From an uncultured Candidatus Actinomarina sp. (lineage in GTDB: Bacteria; Actinomycetota; Acidimicrobiia; Actinomarinales; Actinomarinaceae): 64,000 bases of DNA. Position numbers and translations under genes: made by a program. Numbering within the stretch: position 1 is the stretch's first letter; each line of letters begins with the position of its first letter. Location: assembly GCA_902593795.1 (NCBI GenBank), contig CACJJR010000001.1:131230-195229 (forward strand), in the 5' to 3' direction. The notes under the pieces are model-generated. The model was given only the letters and a program-made list of their open reading frames with translations, was not told the origin of the DNA and ran no database searches. Positions 36,110 through 45,656 of the stretch are shown one piece after another.

Positions 36110-36985
36110 TTAATAAATATCTGAATATACGTTTGAAATAACATCAAAAATAGAAACCAAATTAATTTGGTAAAAATTACCATTTATAATTATTGAAACA
36201 GCTCGGGTGTTTTTTAGAAGCATATTGTTCTTTCCGTTGGGACTTTTGTCTATCTTTGAAGATATTATTTCTGCTAGCTTTTTTCCGATATTACTTACGG
36301 AATGTTTTCCTTGAAAATAGTCAACAGTGGGCTGTTGGCTGTTTTCAAAAGTTAAAAAGACCGAGGGGTTTATTTTGTTAACAAAAGAAATAATGTTTTC
36401 TTTGGTTAATGTTTCTCCAGCTTCTGAAGCAAAAGAGACTTTTATTCCACTTTTATTCGCCAACTCTTTAAGCGACTCATAAAAAACAACCTGATCTTTA
36501 TATTCACCAATATTTTCCACATATATACACACATTGAGCATTGACCCGGGACGTTTAAAAGCTTTAATAGCTTCGTTAAGCGAATTATCCAGGTTAGGTC
36601 TGATTAATTTTTTAATTTCAGTTACTGTATTTAAGCCAACAACTCCATCAATAGTTAAACCCCTGTTTTCTTGAAAAGCCTCTACAGATTTCATTAATTC
36701 TTTTGTGTATTCGGAATTTATAGGTTCTGAATAAAAACCAAGTCTAGAGAGTAATTCTTGGAGCTCTTCAATATCAGATCCCTTTAGAACTGGGTTTGAA
36801 AAGTTTAGAATTCGATCTCCGAGACTGTATCCGTGGTTTAAAAGTTCTAGCCATAAATTATCTTTAGAGATAGATTGTTCTAAATTGTAATCGTTTAAAA
36901 AAAGTTCAATGAGAGATCTACACTCAATTGAGTTTTCTGGAAAACGATAACCAGCTGCTTGAATTTTATTACTTAAATCTAACAA
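36110..36985 (-). CDS. CwlM-like protein: peptidoglycan-binding domain(s) plus a degenerate amidase_3-like domain
   Basis: 291 aa. It has GSDIEELQELLSRLGFY...VEAFQENRGLTIDGVVG (PG_binding_1). The C-terminal half has amidase_3-like length, but I do not see the usual DPGHGG-type metal motif. It sits in the syntenic cwlM slot between parB and trxB. Confidence 0.5.
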   Translation of the reverse strand: MLDLSNKIQAAGYRFPENSIECRSLIELFLNDYNLEQSISKDNLWLELLNHGYSLGDRILNFSNPVLKGSDIEELQELLSRLGFYSEPINSEYTKELMKSVEAFQENRGLTIDGVVGLNTVTEIKKLIRPNLDNSLNEAIKAFKRPGSMLNVCIYVENIGEYKDQVVFYESLKELANKSGIKVSFASEAGETLTKENIISFVNKINPSVFLTFENSQQPTVDYFQGKHSVSNIGKKLAEIISSKIDKSPNGKNNMLLKNTRAVSIIINGNFYQINLVSIFDVISNVYSDIY

Positions 36986-37028
36986 TTCTTCTTGTGACAG
37001 ATTGTCAATGTAGCTTAAGTTGTCTTGA

Positions 37029-37958
37029 TTAATGATCTAACCATCTTTCAGAATCTATAGCGGCTTGGCACCCTGTTCCTGCAGCTGTTACAGCTTGTCG
37101 ATATATTGAGTCAGCTACATCTCCTGCTGCAAAAACCCCAGGCACAGAAGTACTTGTGTCCGTTGTAAACCCAGTTTTGATATAGCCTTTTTCATCTAAT
37201 TCAACAAAATTATTTAAAAAACCAACATTAGGATCATGACCAATGGCAACAAAAACCCCATCAATATCCATTTCCTTTTCAGAACTATTGACTGTGTCTT
37301 TAAGAACAATAGAAGACACAGCACCCTCTCCATTTATTTTTTCTACGGTACTATTCCAAATAACTTCTATTTTTTCATGGTTCAAAACCCTGTCTTGCAT
37401 AATTTGGCTTGCTCTAAACTCATCTCTTCGATGGACAACATAAACTTTGCTGGCAAATTTAGTTAAAAATAAAGCCTCCTCCATTGCTGAATCTCCGCCA
37501 CCAACTACAGCAACTTCTTTTTCTTTAAAAAAGAATCCATCACACGTTGCACAAGCAGAAACACCGTATCCCTGTAGCTCTTTCTCGCCTTCTACACCCA
37601 ACCATCTTGCAGAAGCACCAGATGAAATAATAACTGACTTAAATTCATATTCTCCTTTTGAGCTTTTAAGCTTAAATCCTCCATCGATGCTTTCAATTGA
37701 ATCTATAATTTCAGTTTTGATTTCTGTTCCGAATCTTTCAGCTTGTCCTTTAAAAACTTGCATTAGCTCTGGCCCCATTATTCCATCGACAAACCCAGGA
37801 TAGTTTTCAACATCGGTGGTAAGCATTAATTGTCCACCAGATTCAAGTCCCTCAAAAAGAACTGGCTCGAGGTTTGCTCTACTAGCGTAAATTCCGGCTG
37901 TGTATCCAGCTGGCCCAGAACCAATTATTGCAACATTTTTCATATTTTTTTTCTCCAA
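37029..37958 (-). CDS. trxB: thioredoxin-disulfide reductase
   Basis: 309 aa. It has GSGPAGYTAG (FAD), the redox motif CATCDG, and GGGDSAMEEA (NADPH). Confidence 0.95.
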   Translation of the reverse strand: MEKKNMKNVAIIGSGPAGYTAGIYASRANLEPVLFEGLESGGQLMLTTDVENYPGFVDGIMGPELMQVFKGQAERFGTEIKTEIIDSIESIDGGFKLKSSKGEYEFKSVIISSGASARWLGVEGEKELQGYGVSACATCDGFFFKEKEVAVVGGGDSAMEEALFLTKFASKVYVVHRRDEFRASQIMQDRVLNHEKIEVIWNSTVEKINGEGAVSSIVLKDTVNSSEKEMDIDGVFVAIGHDPNVGFLNNFVELDEKGYIKTGFTTDTSTSVPGVFAAGDVADSIYRQAVTAAGTGCQAAIDSERWLDH

Positions 37959-38224
37959 TAACTTTTAACTGATAAAAATAAAAACAAAAGCCCTAGTGAA
38001 GCAAAAGCAAAACCAGTAGGATTTACACCTATTAATAAACCCAGACCCTGCATGATTTTTATAATTCCTATAAATATAAATATTAAAGACAGGAACAACA
38101 AAACTATAAGCAGAAAACCTAAAGAAGCAAATCCAGTTACCCTCTTAACAGGCTTAACTATAAGTCTTCTTAAGGTGTCTAGTAAACTTTCAAAAGATTC
38201 TATAAAGCTATCTTCTTGTTCCAT
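37940..38224 (-). CDS. small membrane protein, function unknown
   Basis: 94 aa with two hydrophobic segments. It overlaps the trxB start by 19 nt. Confidence 0.45.
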   Translation of the reverse strand: MEQEDSFIESFESLLDTLRRLIVKPVKRVTGFASLGFLLIVLLFLSLIFIFIGIIKIMQGLGLLIGVNPTGFAFASLGLLFLFLSVKSYWRKKI

Positions 38225-38263
38225 AGACTTTATATTAAGCTAACGAGGATTATTAATGAAGTT

Positions 38264-38971
38264 CTATTTGGGGTTGCTTGTACTTAAAATTAAAAAATTA
38301 GTCTTAGTAGGCGTGAATCCATTATTTAAGTAGAGATTTTTTGCATGTGTATTTTGTTCTTGAGTATTAAGCCTTATGTTTATTAACTTTTTCTGCTTAG
38401 AAAATTTTACTATTTCACTTAAAAGTATTTTCCCAAAACCTCTTTGTTGAAATTCTTTATCTATTCCAAACCTCTGAAGGAAACCATAGTTTCTTGTGAC
38501 ACCTAAAATACCATATCCTACAGTGTTGTTATCTTTCTTTTGTATGAACAAATAGTTATGTGTGCAGCTGGAAATTGTTTCATTAAAAGCAGCAACAGAG
38601 TTTTGCCAGTAGGAGTCAAAAATTTTATGATCAAGATTTATAATTTCTGGAATTTTTTTATTTGTAAAAATTTCTACATTCTCAACTTCTTTATCTGAGT
38701 ACTTGATGTGCTTTAAATTAAGAGATAAAACATTAAGTTTTTGAACCTCTTCCCACCCAGAGACCTTCCATGTTTCTGAATTACTCTCGTCAACCATGGA
38801 ACTATTAAAAATTAAATTATTTTGGTCAGCTATTTGATTTATTTTTTTAAGTAATGGTTTTCCACCATAAGCTTTTTCAAAATAAACTATTGAGGTATCG
38901 TCATTCCACTTGCGTGTATAAAAAGTTCCTTGCCAAGAATTGTGCTTCTTTTTTTCATCGGTTAAAAACAT
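38264..38971 (-). CDS. GNAT family N-acetyltransferase
   Basis: 235 aa. The acetyl-CoA motif A is QQRGFGKILL in the C-terminal half. Confidence 0.7.
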   Translation of the reverse strand: MFLTDEKKKHNSWQGTFYTRKWNDDTSIVYFEKAYGGKPLLKKINQIADQNNLIFNSSMVDESNSETWKVSGWEEVQKLNVLSLNLKHIKYSDKEVENVEIFTNKKIPEIINLDHKIFDSYWQNSVAAFNETISSCTHNYLFIQKKDNNTVGYGILGVTRNYGFLQRFGIDKEFQQRGFGKILLSEIVKFSKQKKLINIRLNTQEQNTHAKNLYLNNGFTPTKTNFLILSTSNPK

Positions 38972-39380
38972 ATTTTAATATTTTCCTGTCTTCATCATGA
39001 GTAAGTAAGCTAAGTGCGTTTTCAAAATTTTCTAATGCAATTTCTTCTACCTCATCATCAGGTTCATTTTTGAAAGCTTCTATGACTTCCATCTCATAAA
39101 ACCATACTGTTTTTTGTACCGTTTCTCCATTACGCTCAACCTCATACCTTGACTCAGCAATTGGCTTAGTGTTCACAATTTTTACTTCAAATCCTGTTTC
39201 TTCAAACACTTCTCTTACAGCTGCTTCTGAAGGCTTTTCACCTTCTTCTAAGTGACCCTTTGGATAGCCCCACCAAGGTTCGCTATCTTTAGAAGAATCA
39301 CCCTTTTTATTTTTTACTAATAAAATTTTTTCTTCTGAAAGAACTATTCCACCAGCGGCAAAGTCTACTCCTGCATTCAT
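38955..39380 (-). CDS. NUDIX hydrolase
   Basis: 141 aa. It has the NUDIX box GHLEEGEKPSEAAVREVFEETG. Confidence 0.85.
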   Translation of the reverse strand: MNAGVDFAAGGIVLSEEKILLVKNKKGDSSKDSEPWWGYPKGHLEEGEKPSEAAVREVFEETGFEVKIVNTKPIAESRYEVERNGETVQKTVWFYEMEVIEAFKNEPDDEVEEIALENFENALSLLTHDEDRKILKYVFNR

Positions 39381-39417
39381 GCTTCTATTGTTTCCATTCT
39401 TCTTCTAAGATATCAAT

Positions 39418-40791
39418 ATGGTACCAAAAACCCTATTAAGTCTAATTGAGAATAGTGAATATTTGAAAACTGTGTCTGATCTATACAGTTCAAATGGTTA
39501 TGAATTCTATCTAGTTGGTGGTGCTGTTAGAGATGGGATTTTAGATATTGAAACAACTGATTTTGACTTTACTACCAACGCTTCCCCTGAGGAATCAATC
39601 GATTTATTAAATAACAACGGTTATAAAACTACTGAAATCGGTAGAGCTTTTGGAACCATTGAGCTACAGATCGATAATAATTCTCTACACATTACAACAT
39701 ACAGAAAAGATACTTATGAAAACTCATCACGAAATCCATCTATAGAATCTGCAACTGATTTAGACACAGATTTATCTAGAAGAGATTTTACGATTAACTC
39801 AATAGCTTATTCTATTGATGCCAATGAACTTATAGACCCTTTTAATGGTTTAAAAGATCTAGCCGCGGGAGTTATTAGAACTCCAGATGATCCCATTATA
39901 TCTTTTTCAGATGACCCCCTAAGAATGTTGAGGGTCTGCAGATTTATTAGTACACACGGATTTTCTCCAGATAATGAGACTTATGTGGCAATTAGGGATA
40001 ACACTGAGAGAATAAAAATTGTTTCGACAGAAAGAATCAGGGATGAGATTTCAAAGCTTTTGATAGGAAAAAACCCTTCCCTTGGTTTAAGAACTTTTGT
40101 AGAGAGTGGCTTAAGCTCATATATAGTTCCTGAGTTAAATGCGCTTAAAATTGAGGTAGATCCAAATCACCACCATAAAGATGTATATGAACATACATTA
40201 ACTGTTGTTGACAATGTTTCTGCAACTTTAGTTAGAAGACTAGGAGCTCTTTTTCACGATATTGCAAAGCCAAACACAAAAGGTATTGAAAATGGAAAAG
40301 TTCACTTTAGACACCATGAAGTAGTCGGGGCAAAAATGACTAAAAGGATTCTTCAAGAATTAAAGTATGATAAAAAAACCATCAAGGATGTAGCACTATT
40401 GGTTGAGCTTCACCTTAGGCCACATACTTTTAAAATGGGGTGGACAGACTCTGCTGTTAGAAGGTATATAGTTGATGCTGGTACAGTTTTAGACGATTTA
40501 AATAATTTAGTTAGGGCAGATGTAACAACTAAAAACAAACAAAAAGCCCAGGAAATATATGACAAATTAGATGAAATGGAAAATAGAATTAAAGAGGTTC
40601 TTGAAAAAGAGGAAATGTCAAAACTAAGACCTCCAATTACTGGAGATGAAATAATGGAAATCTTTAATCTTGAACCAGGTCCCAAAGTTGGATTAATAAT
40701 GAAAGCTTTGTATGAGCAAAGAATTAATGAGGGTGAAGTCTCAAAAGAAGATGCGATAAAGTTAGCAGGAGACATCTTTAAAGAATTATAA
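39418..40791 (+). CDS. cca: CCA tRNA nucleotidyltransferase / poly(A) polymerase family with an HD domain
   Basis: 457 aa. It has LVGGAVRD, DFTINS, RxxRF and the HD region HHKDVYEHT...FHDIAKP. It is divergent from the NUDIX gene, as in actinobacteria. Confidence 0.85.
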   Translation: MVPKTLLSLIENSEYLKTVSDLYSSNGYEFYLVGGAVRDGILDIETTDFDFTTNASPEESIDLLNNNGYKTTEIGRAFGTIELQIDNNSLHITTYRKDTYENSSRNPSIESATDLDTDLSRRDFTINSIAYSIDANELIDPFNGLKDLAAGVIRTPDDPIISFSDDPLRMLRVCRFISTHGFSPDNETYVAIRDNTERIKIVSTERIRDEISKLLIGKNPSLGLRTFVESGLSSYIVPELNALKIEVDPNHHHKDVYEHTLTVVDNVSATLVRRLGALFHDIAKPNTKGIENGKVHFRHHEVVGAKMTKRILQELKYDKKTIKDVALLVELHLRPHTFKMGWTDSAVRRYIVDAGTVLDDLNNLVRADVTTKNKQKAQEIYDKLDEMENRIKEVLEKEEMSKLRPPITGDEIMEIFNLEPGPKVGLIMKALYEQRINEGEVSKEDAIKLAGDIFKEL

Positions 40792-40828
40792 TTGTATAAA
40801 TATGCAACCTTATGTATATTTATACAAT
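40791..40828 (+). promoter_or_regulatory. pair of 18-bp ARG boxes overlapping a promoter-like TTGTAT-17-TATATT for argR
   Basis: Box 1 is ATTGTATAAATATGCAAC (40791..40808). Box 2 is TATGTATATTTATACAAT (40811..40828), after a 2-bp gap. Both fit WNTGAATWWWWATTCANW with 2-3 mismatches. Confidence 0.6.
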
Positions 40829-41288
40829 GAAGAAATCTACTATTCAAAGACAAAGACTTATAGCTGACTTTATAGATTCTGGAAATGTTTCTTCTCAAAA
40901 TCAACTCAAGGGACTTTTAAAAAAGAATCAAATTTTAATTACACAAGCGACACTATCAAGAGATCTAAATGAACTAGGTGCAATTAAGAAAAGGTTAAAA
41001 AATGGAAGGCTTGTTTACGTTTTGCCTAAAAACCAAGATAATAATGCACAATTCAAAATTGCAAAAAAAGCATTAGAAGATTTTGTTTTAGATGTTGAAC
41101 CTGTTTCAAATCAGGTTGTAGTAAAAACTACTACAGCTGCTGCCCAAGTAATAGCTGAATCAATAGACAATCTCTATATTGACAATATTGTTGCATCAAT
41201 TGCTGGTGATAACGTTGTCTTAATAATTTCTAATGATGAAACTAAAGCAAAAGAAGTAGCAAAGACAATCGAAAATAATATAAAATAA
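40827..41288 (+). CDS. argR: arginine repressor ArgR
   Basis: The N-terminal winged helix is RQRLIADFI...ITQATLSRDLNELG. The C-terminal oligomerisation block is SIAGDNVVLII. The ORF track starts at 40812, but that ATG lies inside the ARG boxes and the -10. The ATG at 40827 (MKKSTIQRQ) is favoured. Confidence 0.85.
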   Translation: MKKSTIQRQRLIADFIDSGNVSSQNQLKGLLKKNQILITQATLSRDLNELGAIKKRLKNGRLVYVLPKNQDNNAQFKIAKKALEDFVLDVEPVSNQVVVKTTTAAAQVIAESIDNLYIDNIVASIAGDNVVLIISNDETKAKEVAKTIENNIK

Positions 41289-41292
41289 TTTA

Positions 41293-42099
41293 ATGCTCCT
41301 ATTTTCAGAATATGATAAATCTTTAGATAATGTCTATTCAAGCCAACCAGTAGTTGATATTAATCTGAGTGATACTAACAATTATCTAGTAAGGTTTCCA
41401 AAATTTAAACAAGTTACCCACATCATCCTTGCGTTTGATGCTGAAAATTTATTTCTTAAGGAAAAAAGCTCTTATGGATATTTTTTTAATTTAGAGTCAC
41501 TTTTGTCTGAGCTTGAAGAGAGTGAAAATAGAGGATATTTTGTTGTTGCGACAACATCTAATTCAAGCAGGCAACAACAGTACAATCCATATCCAAGAAA
41601 TAAACGTGAAAATTTTGCTACCAAGCATATTAAATCTACTTTTGAAACACACCTTCCACAGATATGCAGTGATTATGACATCGAAATATCTAATTTAAAA
41701 AAAATTGTAATGGGAGCATCTATGGGTGGTTTAATGTCAATTAAGACGTCTATTTTATACCCCGCCTTTGATAATATAATCTCCCTTTCTCCAGCATTTT
41801 GGTTTGGTTATCCAGGAATTGTTAATGATTTAGATAGCTTGAATAAAAAATCTACATGCAATATATCTGTTGGCACAGAAGAGGGAGACATTTTTGGCGA
41901 CGATGTAAGAAATATATTTCCAAATGATTGGGACTTAGATTTTTCAAATAACAATAATTTTTATGTTTCAGGAGTAAAGAGAATCAAAGAAGAATTAGAG
42001 TTAAGAAACATTAATACAAATTTCATATTTAAAGAACAGGGAAAACATAACGAAACATATTGGAATCCTATCCTTAAACAATTTCTACTTTCTATATAA
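41293..42099 (+). CDS. alpha/beta-hydrolase, putative esterase family
   Basis: 268 aa. It has the nucleophile elbow GASMGG and a late HNE(T)YW His region. Confidence 0.55.
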   Translation: MLLFSEYDKSLDNVYSSQPVVDINLSDTNNYLVRFPKFKQVTHIILAFDAENLFLKEKSSYGYFFNLESLLSELEESENRGYFVVATTSNSSRQQQYNPYPRNKRENFATKHIKSTFETHLPQICSDYDIEISNLKKIVMGASMGGLMSIKTSILYPAFDNIISLSPAFWFGYPGIVNDLDSLNKKSTCNISVGTEEGDIFGDDVRNIFPNDWDLDFSNNNNFYVSGVKRIKEELELRNINTNFIFKEQGKHNETYWNPILKQFLLSI

Positions 42100-42142
42100 A
42101 AAGAACTAGCCTATTAAGCACTTATTAGATTATTCTTATTCA

Positions 42143-43567
42143 GTGATGGGTAATTCAAAAATAGCTAGAGAAAATCTGGCTAAAGAAATTAAAAATGGTG
42201 CTGTGATAATTCATAGCGGTGACATTGTTTATAGAAACAATGACACTTGGTATCCGTTTAGACAGGATTCGAATTTTTATTATCTAACTGAATGGCCAGA
42301 ACCAGAAGCCCATGCAGTAATTTTAATTAAAGACTCAAAGTATGAATTACATATGTTTGTTCAAGATAGAAATGAAGAGATGGAGACCTGGGAAGGAAAA
42401 CGCCTAGGCCAGTCTGGAGCAGTAGAACAGTTTGAAGCTGAGAAAGCTTATTCGTACCAAGATTATAGAAAAATATTACCAAACCTATTGAGCGGGTATC
42501 AAAATGTCTATTGCGATTACTCTTCTCCAAACTTTGAAAAATATGACAAAAGTCTGCTTACGAATGCAGTTCCGTATGATCAAAGAGGTGCTGATTTCAG
42601 TAATGCCACTTTATATTCAATACAACCATTGATTTCAGAGCTCAGGTTAATAAAGAGTGATGGAGAAATTCAACTACTTAAGGAAGCGTGCGACATAACT
42701 GTAGCTGGACATATACATGCAATGAAAATTACAAATCCTGGCAGTTATGAGTACCAAGTAGCTGCAGAGATGGAGAAAGTATTTTATGAAATGGGAGCAG
42801 AGAGACTAGGTTATCCTTCAATAGTTGCGGGTGGTCACAATGCATGTATTCTTCACTATTCAACTAACAGAGACTTACTTGATAAGGGCAGTCTTTTATT
42901 AATTGATGCTGCTGCAGAATTTGGCATGTACTCATCAGATGTAACAAGAACGTTTCCCGTTTCTGGCAAATTTACATCACCCCAGAAAGCTGTATACGAA
43001 GAGGTTTTAAAAGTACAAAAAGAAGGCATTGAAGGTGTGGAAATAGGCAATTCCATGAAAAATATTCATGAACAGACAATTAAATCATTATCAGAATCAT
43101 TAGTAAATTTGGGCTTAGTTCCATTAGGTGTCGATGAAACCATTTCAATGATGCATTTCTTTGAGTTCTTTATGCACGGCACTGGACACTGGCTTGGTCT
43201 TGACGTTCACGATGCAGGTAGCAATGAAAAAAATGGTAAACCAAGAGCATTTGAACATGGGATGGTAACCACTATAGAGCCAGGTATTTATGTAAGACCA
43301 ACAAAATCTACTATAGAGTTTCCTCTTTTAGAAAGAGATCCGGTTCAAATAAGAGAGCGAAGAAAACTTATGGGAATGGAAAAAGCAACAAAACTAGAAA
43401 AAGAAGAAATCATGAATGCTAAAACTGTAAAACATGAAATTCCAACTGAGTTACTCGGTATTGGAGTAAGAATTGAAGATGATATTGTTTGTACAGACAA
43501 AGGACCAGTTAACCTTACCGAAAAAGCTCCAAAAACAATAGAAGAAATAGAAGCAGCTATAGCTTAA
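42143..43567 (+). CDS. pepP: Xaa-Pro aminopeptidase (M24B)
   Basis: 474 aa. It has the metal-ligand blocks LIDAAAEFGMYSSDVTRT, HGTGHWLGLDVHD, TIEPG and GIGVRIEDD. Confidence 0.85.
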   Translation: MMGNSKIARENLAKEIKNGAVIIHSGDIVYRNNDTWYPFRQDSNFYYLTEWPEPEAHAVILIKDSKYELHMFVQDRNEEMETWEGKRLGQSGAVEQFEAEKAYSYQDYRKILPNLLSGYQNVYCDYSSPNFEKYDKSLLTNAVPYDQRGADFSNATLYSIQPLISELRLIKSDGEIQLLKEACDITVAGHIHAMKITNPGSYEYQVAAEMEKVFYEMGAERLGYPSIVAGGHNACILHYSTNRDLLDKGSLLLIDAAAEFGMYSSDVTRTFPVSGKFTSPQKAVYEEVLKVQKEGIEGVEIGNSMKNIHEQTIKSLSESLVNLGLVPLGVDETISMMHFFEFFMHGTGHWLGLDVHDAGSNEKNGKPRAFEHGMVTTIEPGIYVRPTKSTIEFPLLERDPVQIRERRKLMGMEKATKLEKEEIMNAKTVKHEIPTELLGIGVRIEDDIVCTDKGPVNLTEKAPKTIEEIEAAIA

Positions 43568-43571
43568 AGTC

Positions 43572-44342
43572 ATGTCTTCACCTAGATTAATTTACTCAAT
43601 TTATGAAAATCGTTTGCTGAATAAGTTGGAAAAAGAAAATCTGCCAAAACACATTGGACTAATACATGATGGCCACAGAAGGTACGCCAGAAAGGAAGGA
43701 CTGCTGAGTTTTGAAGTTTCATACAAAATTGGTATGACAAGACTTAAAGAATGTATTGCATGGTGTGATGAAGTAGGGATTGATTTCATCACAAGCTGGC
43801 TTCTATCAAGAGAAAACCTATCAAGACCACCAGAAGAATTACAACCATACTTCCAAGTCTTGAATGAACTTTTTGAAGAGCTATTAATTGACGATGTAGT
43901 TGATAACTTTAAAATTGAATTTATTGGATCCACAGATCTTTTACCTGATTTTCTACAAGAAACTATTAAACAGCTCAAAGAAGTTAGAGGTGGTGGACAA
44001 AAAACCTTAACAATCGCACTTGGTTACGGAGGTCGACAAGAAATTTTAGATGCCATTAAGGGACTGATTGATCAAAATAGAAAAGATCACAATGATTTTG
44101 ATGAGTTAATTGAGAACGTAACAGATGAGCAATTACGAAAACATTTATACTCACCTGAAACTCCAGATATTGATTTAATTATCAGAACAAGTGGAGAGTC
44201 AAGGTTGTCAGGGTTTTTATTATGGCAAAGTGCTTACTCTGAGGTGATTTTTCAAGATGTTTACTGGCCTGAATTTAGAAAAATCGATTTCCTTCGCTGT
44301 CTAAGAGAGTACTCTCAAAGAGAACGTCGTTTCGGTCAATAA
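43572..44342 (+). CDS. uppS: cis-prenyltransferase (undecaprenyl/decaprenyl diphosphate synthase family)
   Basis: 256 aa. It has HIGLIHDGHRRYA, DLIIRTSGESRLSGFLLWQSAYSE and a C-terminal RERRFG. Confidence 0.9.
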   Translation: MSSPRLIYSIYENRLLNKLEKENLPKHIGLIHDGHRRYARKEGLLSFEVSYKIGMTRLKECIAWCDEVGIDFITSWLLSRENLSRPPEELQPYFQVLNELFEELLIDDVVDNFKIEFIGSTDLLPDFLQETIKQLKEVRGGGQKTLTIALGYGGRQEILDAIKGLIDQNRKDHNDFDELIENVTDEQLRKHLYSPETPDIDLIIRTSGESRLSGFLLWQSAYSEVIFQDVYWPEFRKIDFLRCLREYSQRERRFGQ

Positions 44343-44369
44343 AAATATTTATGTTAAACTAATTCAACT

Positions 44370-45653
44370 ATGCAAGAATTTTTAGCTTCTACAAACTTCA
44401 CAGTTATTTTTATATCTCTAATAGCTATTAAATTTTTACTTGAGACATATTTAAAAATTAGAAACCTTAAATCTATCGAACTTAACAAAGATACTATTCC
44501 TGAGAGGTTTACAAGTGTTGTCACCGAGGAAGAGTACAAGAAATCAATAGATTACAATGTTGACCGAATCAGATTCCAAATTTTTACAGCCTTATTCGGT
44601 GCTGTGGTACTAATAATCTTTACTTTAGGAGGATTATTTAACTTTCTTAGTGAAGTAGTAGTTTCTACAACCTCATCAGATGTTCTCGGAGCAGTTTTAT
44701 TAGGGCTTTTACTGCTGATAGTTGAGCAAGTAATTTCAATTCCAATATCTATCTACTCAACCTTTGTTATAGAGGAAAGACACGGTTTCAATAAAACAAC
44801 AACAAAAACATTTGTGACCGACATTTCTAAAAGTTTGTTAATTTCTGCGACTATCTCATCAGTTATTTACGCAACTGTAATTTATATAGTTGTAAATTTA
44901 GGAGACAATTGGTGGATATATGCATTTGGAGCCGTTTTTACTCTTCAAGCAATAATTTTCTTTCTATATCCGGTCTTAATAATGCCCCTTTTCAATAAGT
45001 TTGAACCACTAGATGATGATGAATTTAAAAAACCAATTGAGAAATTACTAGAAAAAATTGACTTTAAGTCAAAAGGCTTATTTGTGATGAATGCAAGCTT
45101 AAGAAGCACACATGGAAATGCTTTTTTCACCGGGTTTGGAAAGAATAAAAGAATTGTATTCTTTGATACTCTTTTAAAAACAATCACTCCGGACGAAATG
45201 GAAGCAATCCTCGGGCATGAATTAGGTCATTATAAACTTGGGCATATCAAAAAAGGATTATTGAGCTCATTAGTTTTTGGATTTATCGGGTTTTATTTAT
45301 TAAGCGAAATATTACAGAGTGATAATTTCTTTTTGGATCATGGCCTTGAAAGCCTAACTATTTATTCTAAGTTTTTACTTTTTTACCTTGTAATAGGTTC
45401 TTATACTTTTTTTACAAAGCCGTTTACTTCAGCTTTGTCTCGTAAAAGAGAATTCGAAGCAGACGATTTTTCTTTTCAATACACTAGCGGTGAATATATG
45501 ATTTCAGGACTACTTAAACTTAGTAAAGACAATGCTTCTAACCTTACCCCAGACCCACTCTATAGCTCTTATTACTATTCACACCCACCAATTGCTGAAC
45601 GTGTTCAAAGCATAGAAAAAAAATTAAGCCAAATAGGAAAAAAGAGGGACTAG
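44370..45653 (+). CDS. M48 family zinc metalloprotease, Ste24/HtpX-like (polytopic)
   Basis: 427 aa. It has multiple TMs, HELGHYKLGH and a downstream EFEAD third ligand. Confidence 0.8.
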   Translation: MQEFLASTNFTVIFISLIAIKFLLETYLKIRNLKSIELNKDTIPERFTSVVTEEEYKKSIDYNVDRIRFQIFTALFGAVVLIIFTLGGLFNFLSEVVVSTTSSDVLGAVLLGLLLLIVEQVISIPISIYSTFVIEERHGFNKTTTKTFVTDISKSLLISATISSVIYATVIYIVVNLGDNWWIYAFGAVFTLQAIIFFLYPVLIMPLFNKFEPLDDDEFKKPIEKLLEKIDFKSKGLFVMNASLRSTHGNAFFTGFGKNKRIVFFDTLLKTITPDEMEAILGHELGHYKLGHIKKGLLSSLVFGFIGFYLLSEILQSDNFFLDHGLESLTIYSKFLLFYLVIGSYTFFTKPFTSALSRKREFEADDFSFQYTSGEYMISGLLKLSKDNASNLTPDPLYSSYYYSHPPIAERVQSIEKKLSQIGKKRD

Positions 45654-45656
45654 CCC

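Noticed and set aside
40410-40904. A 164-aa minus-strand ORF spanning the cca 3' end, the ARG boxes and the argR start.
   Set aside because: It overlaps two well-supported plus-strand genes and an operator. No motif was seen.
43601-43978. A 125-aa minus-strand ORF inside uppS. The ORFs 54217..54732, 53674..53964 and 55528..55815 inside the FtsX permease, and 58537..58866 and 57326..57589 inside the membrane paralogs, are of the same kind.
   Set aside because: They are antisense to genes with strong motif or paralogy support. They are rejected as spurious.
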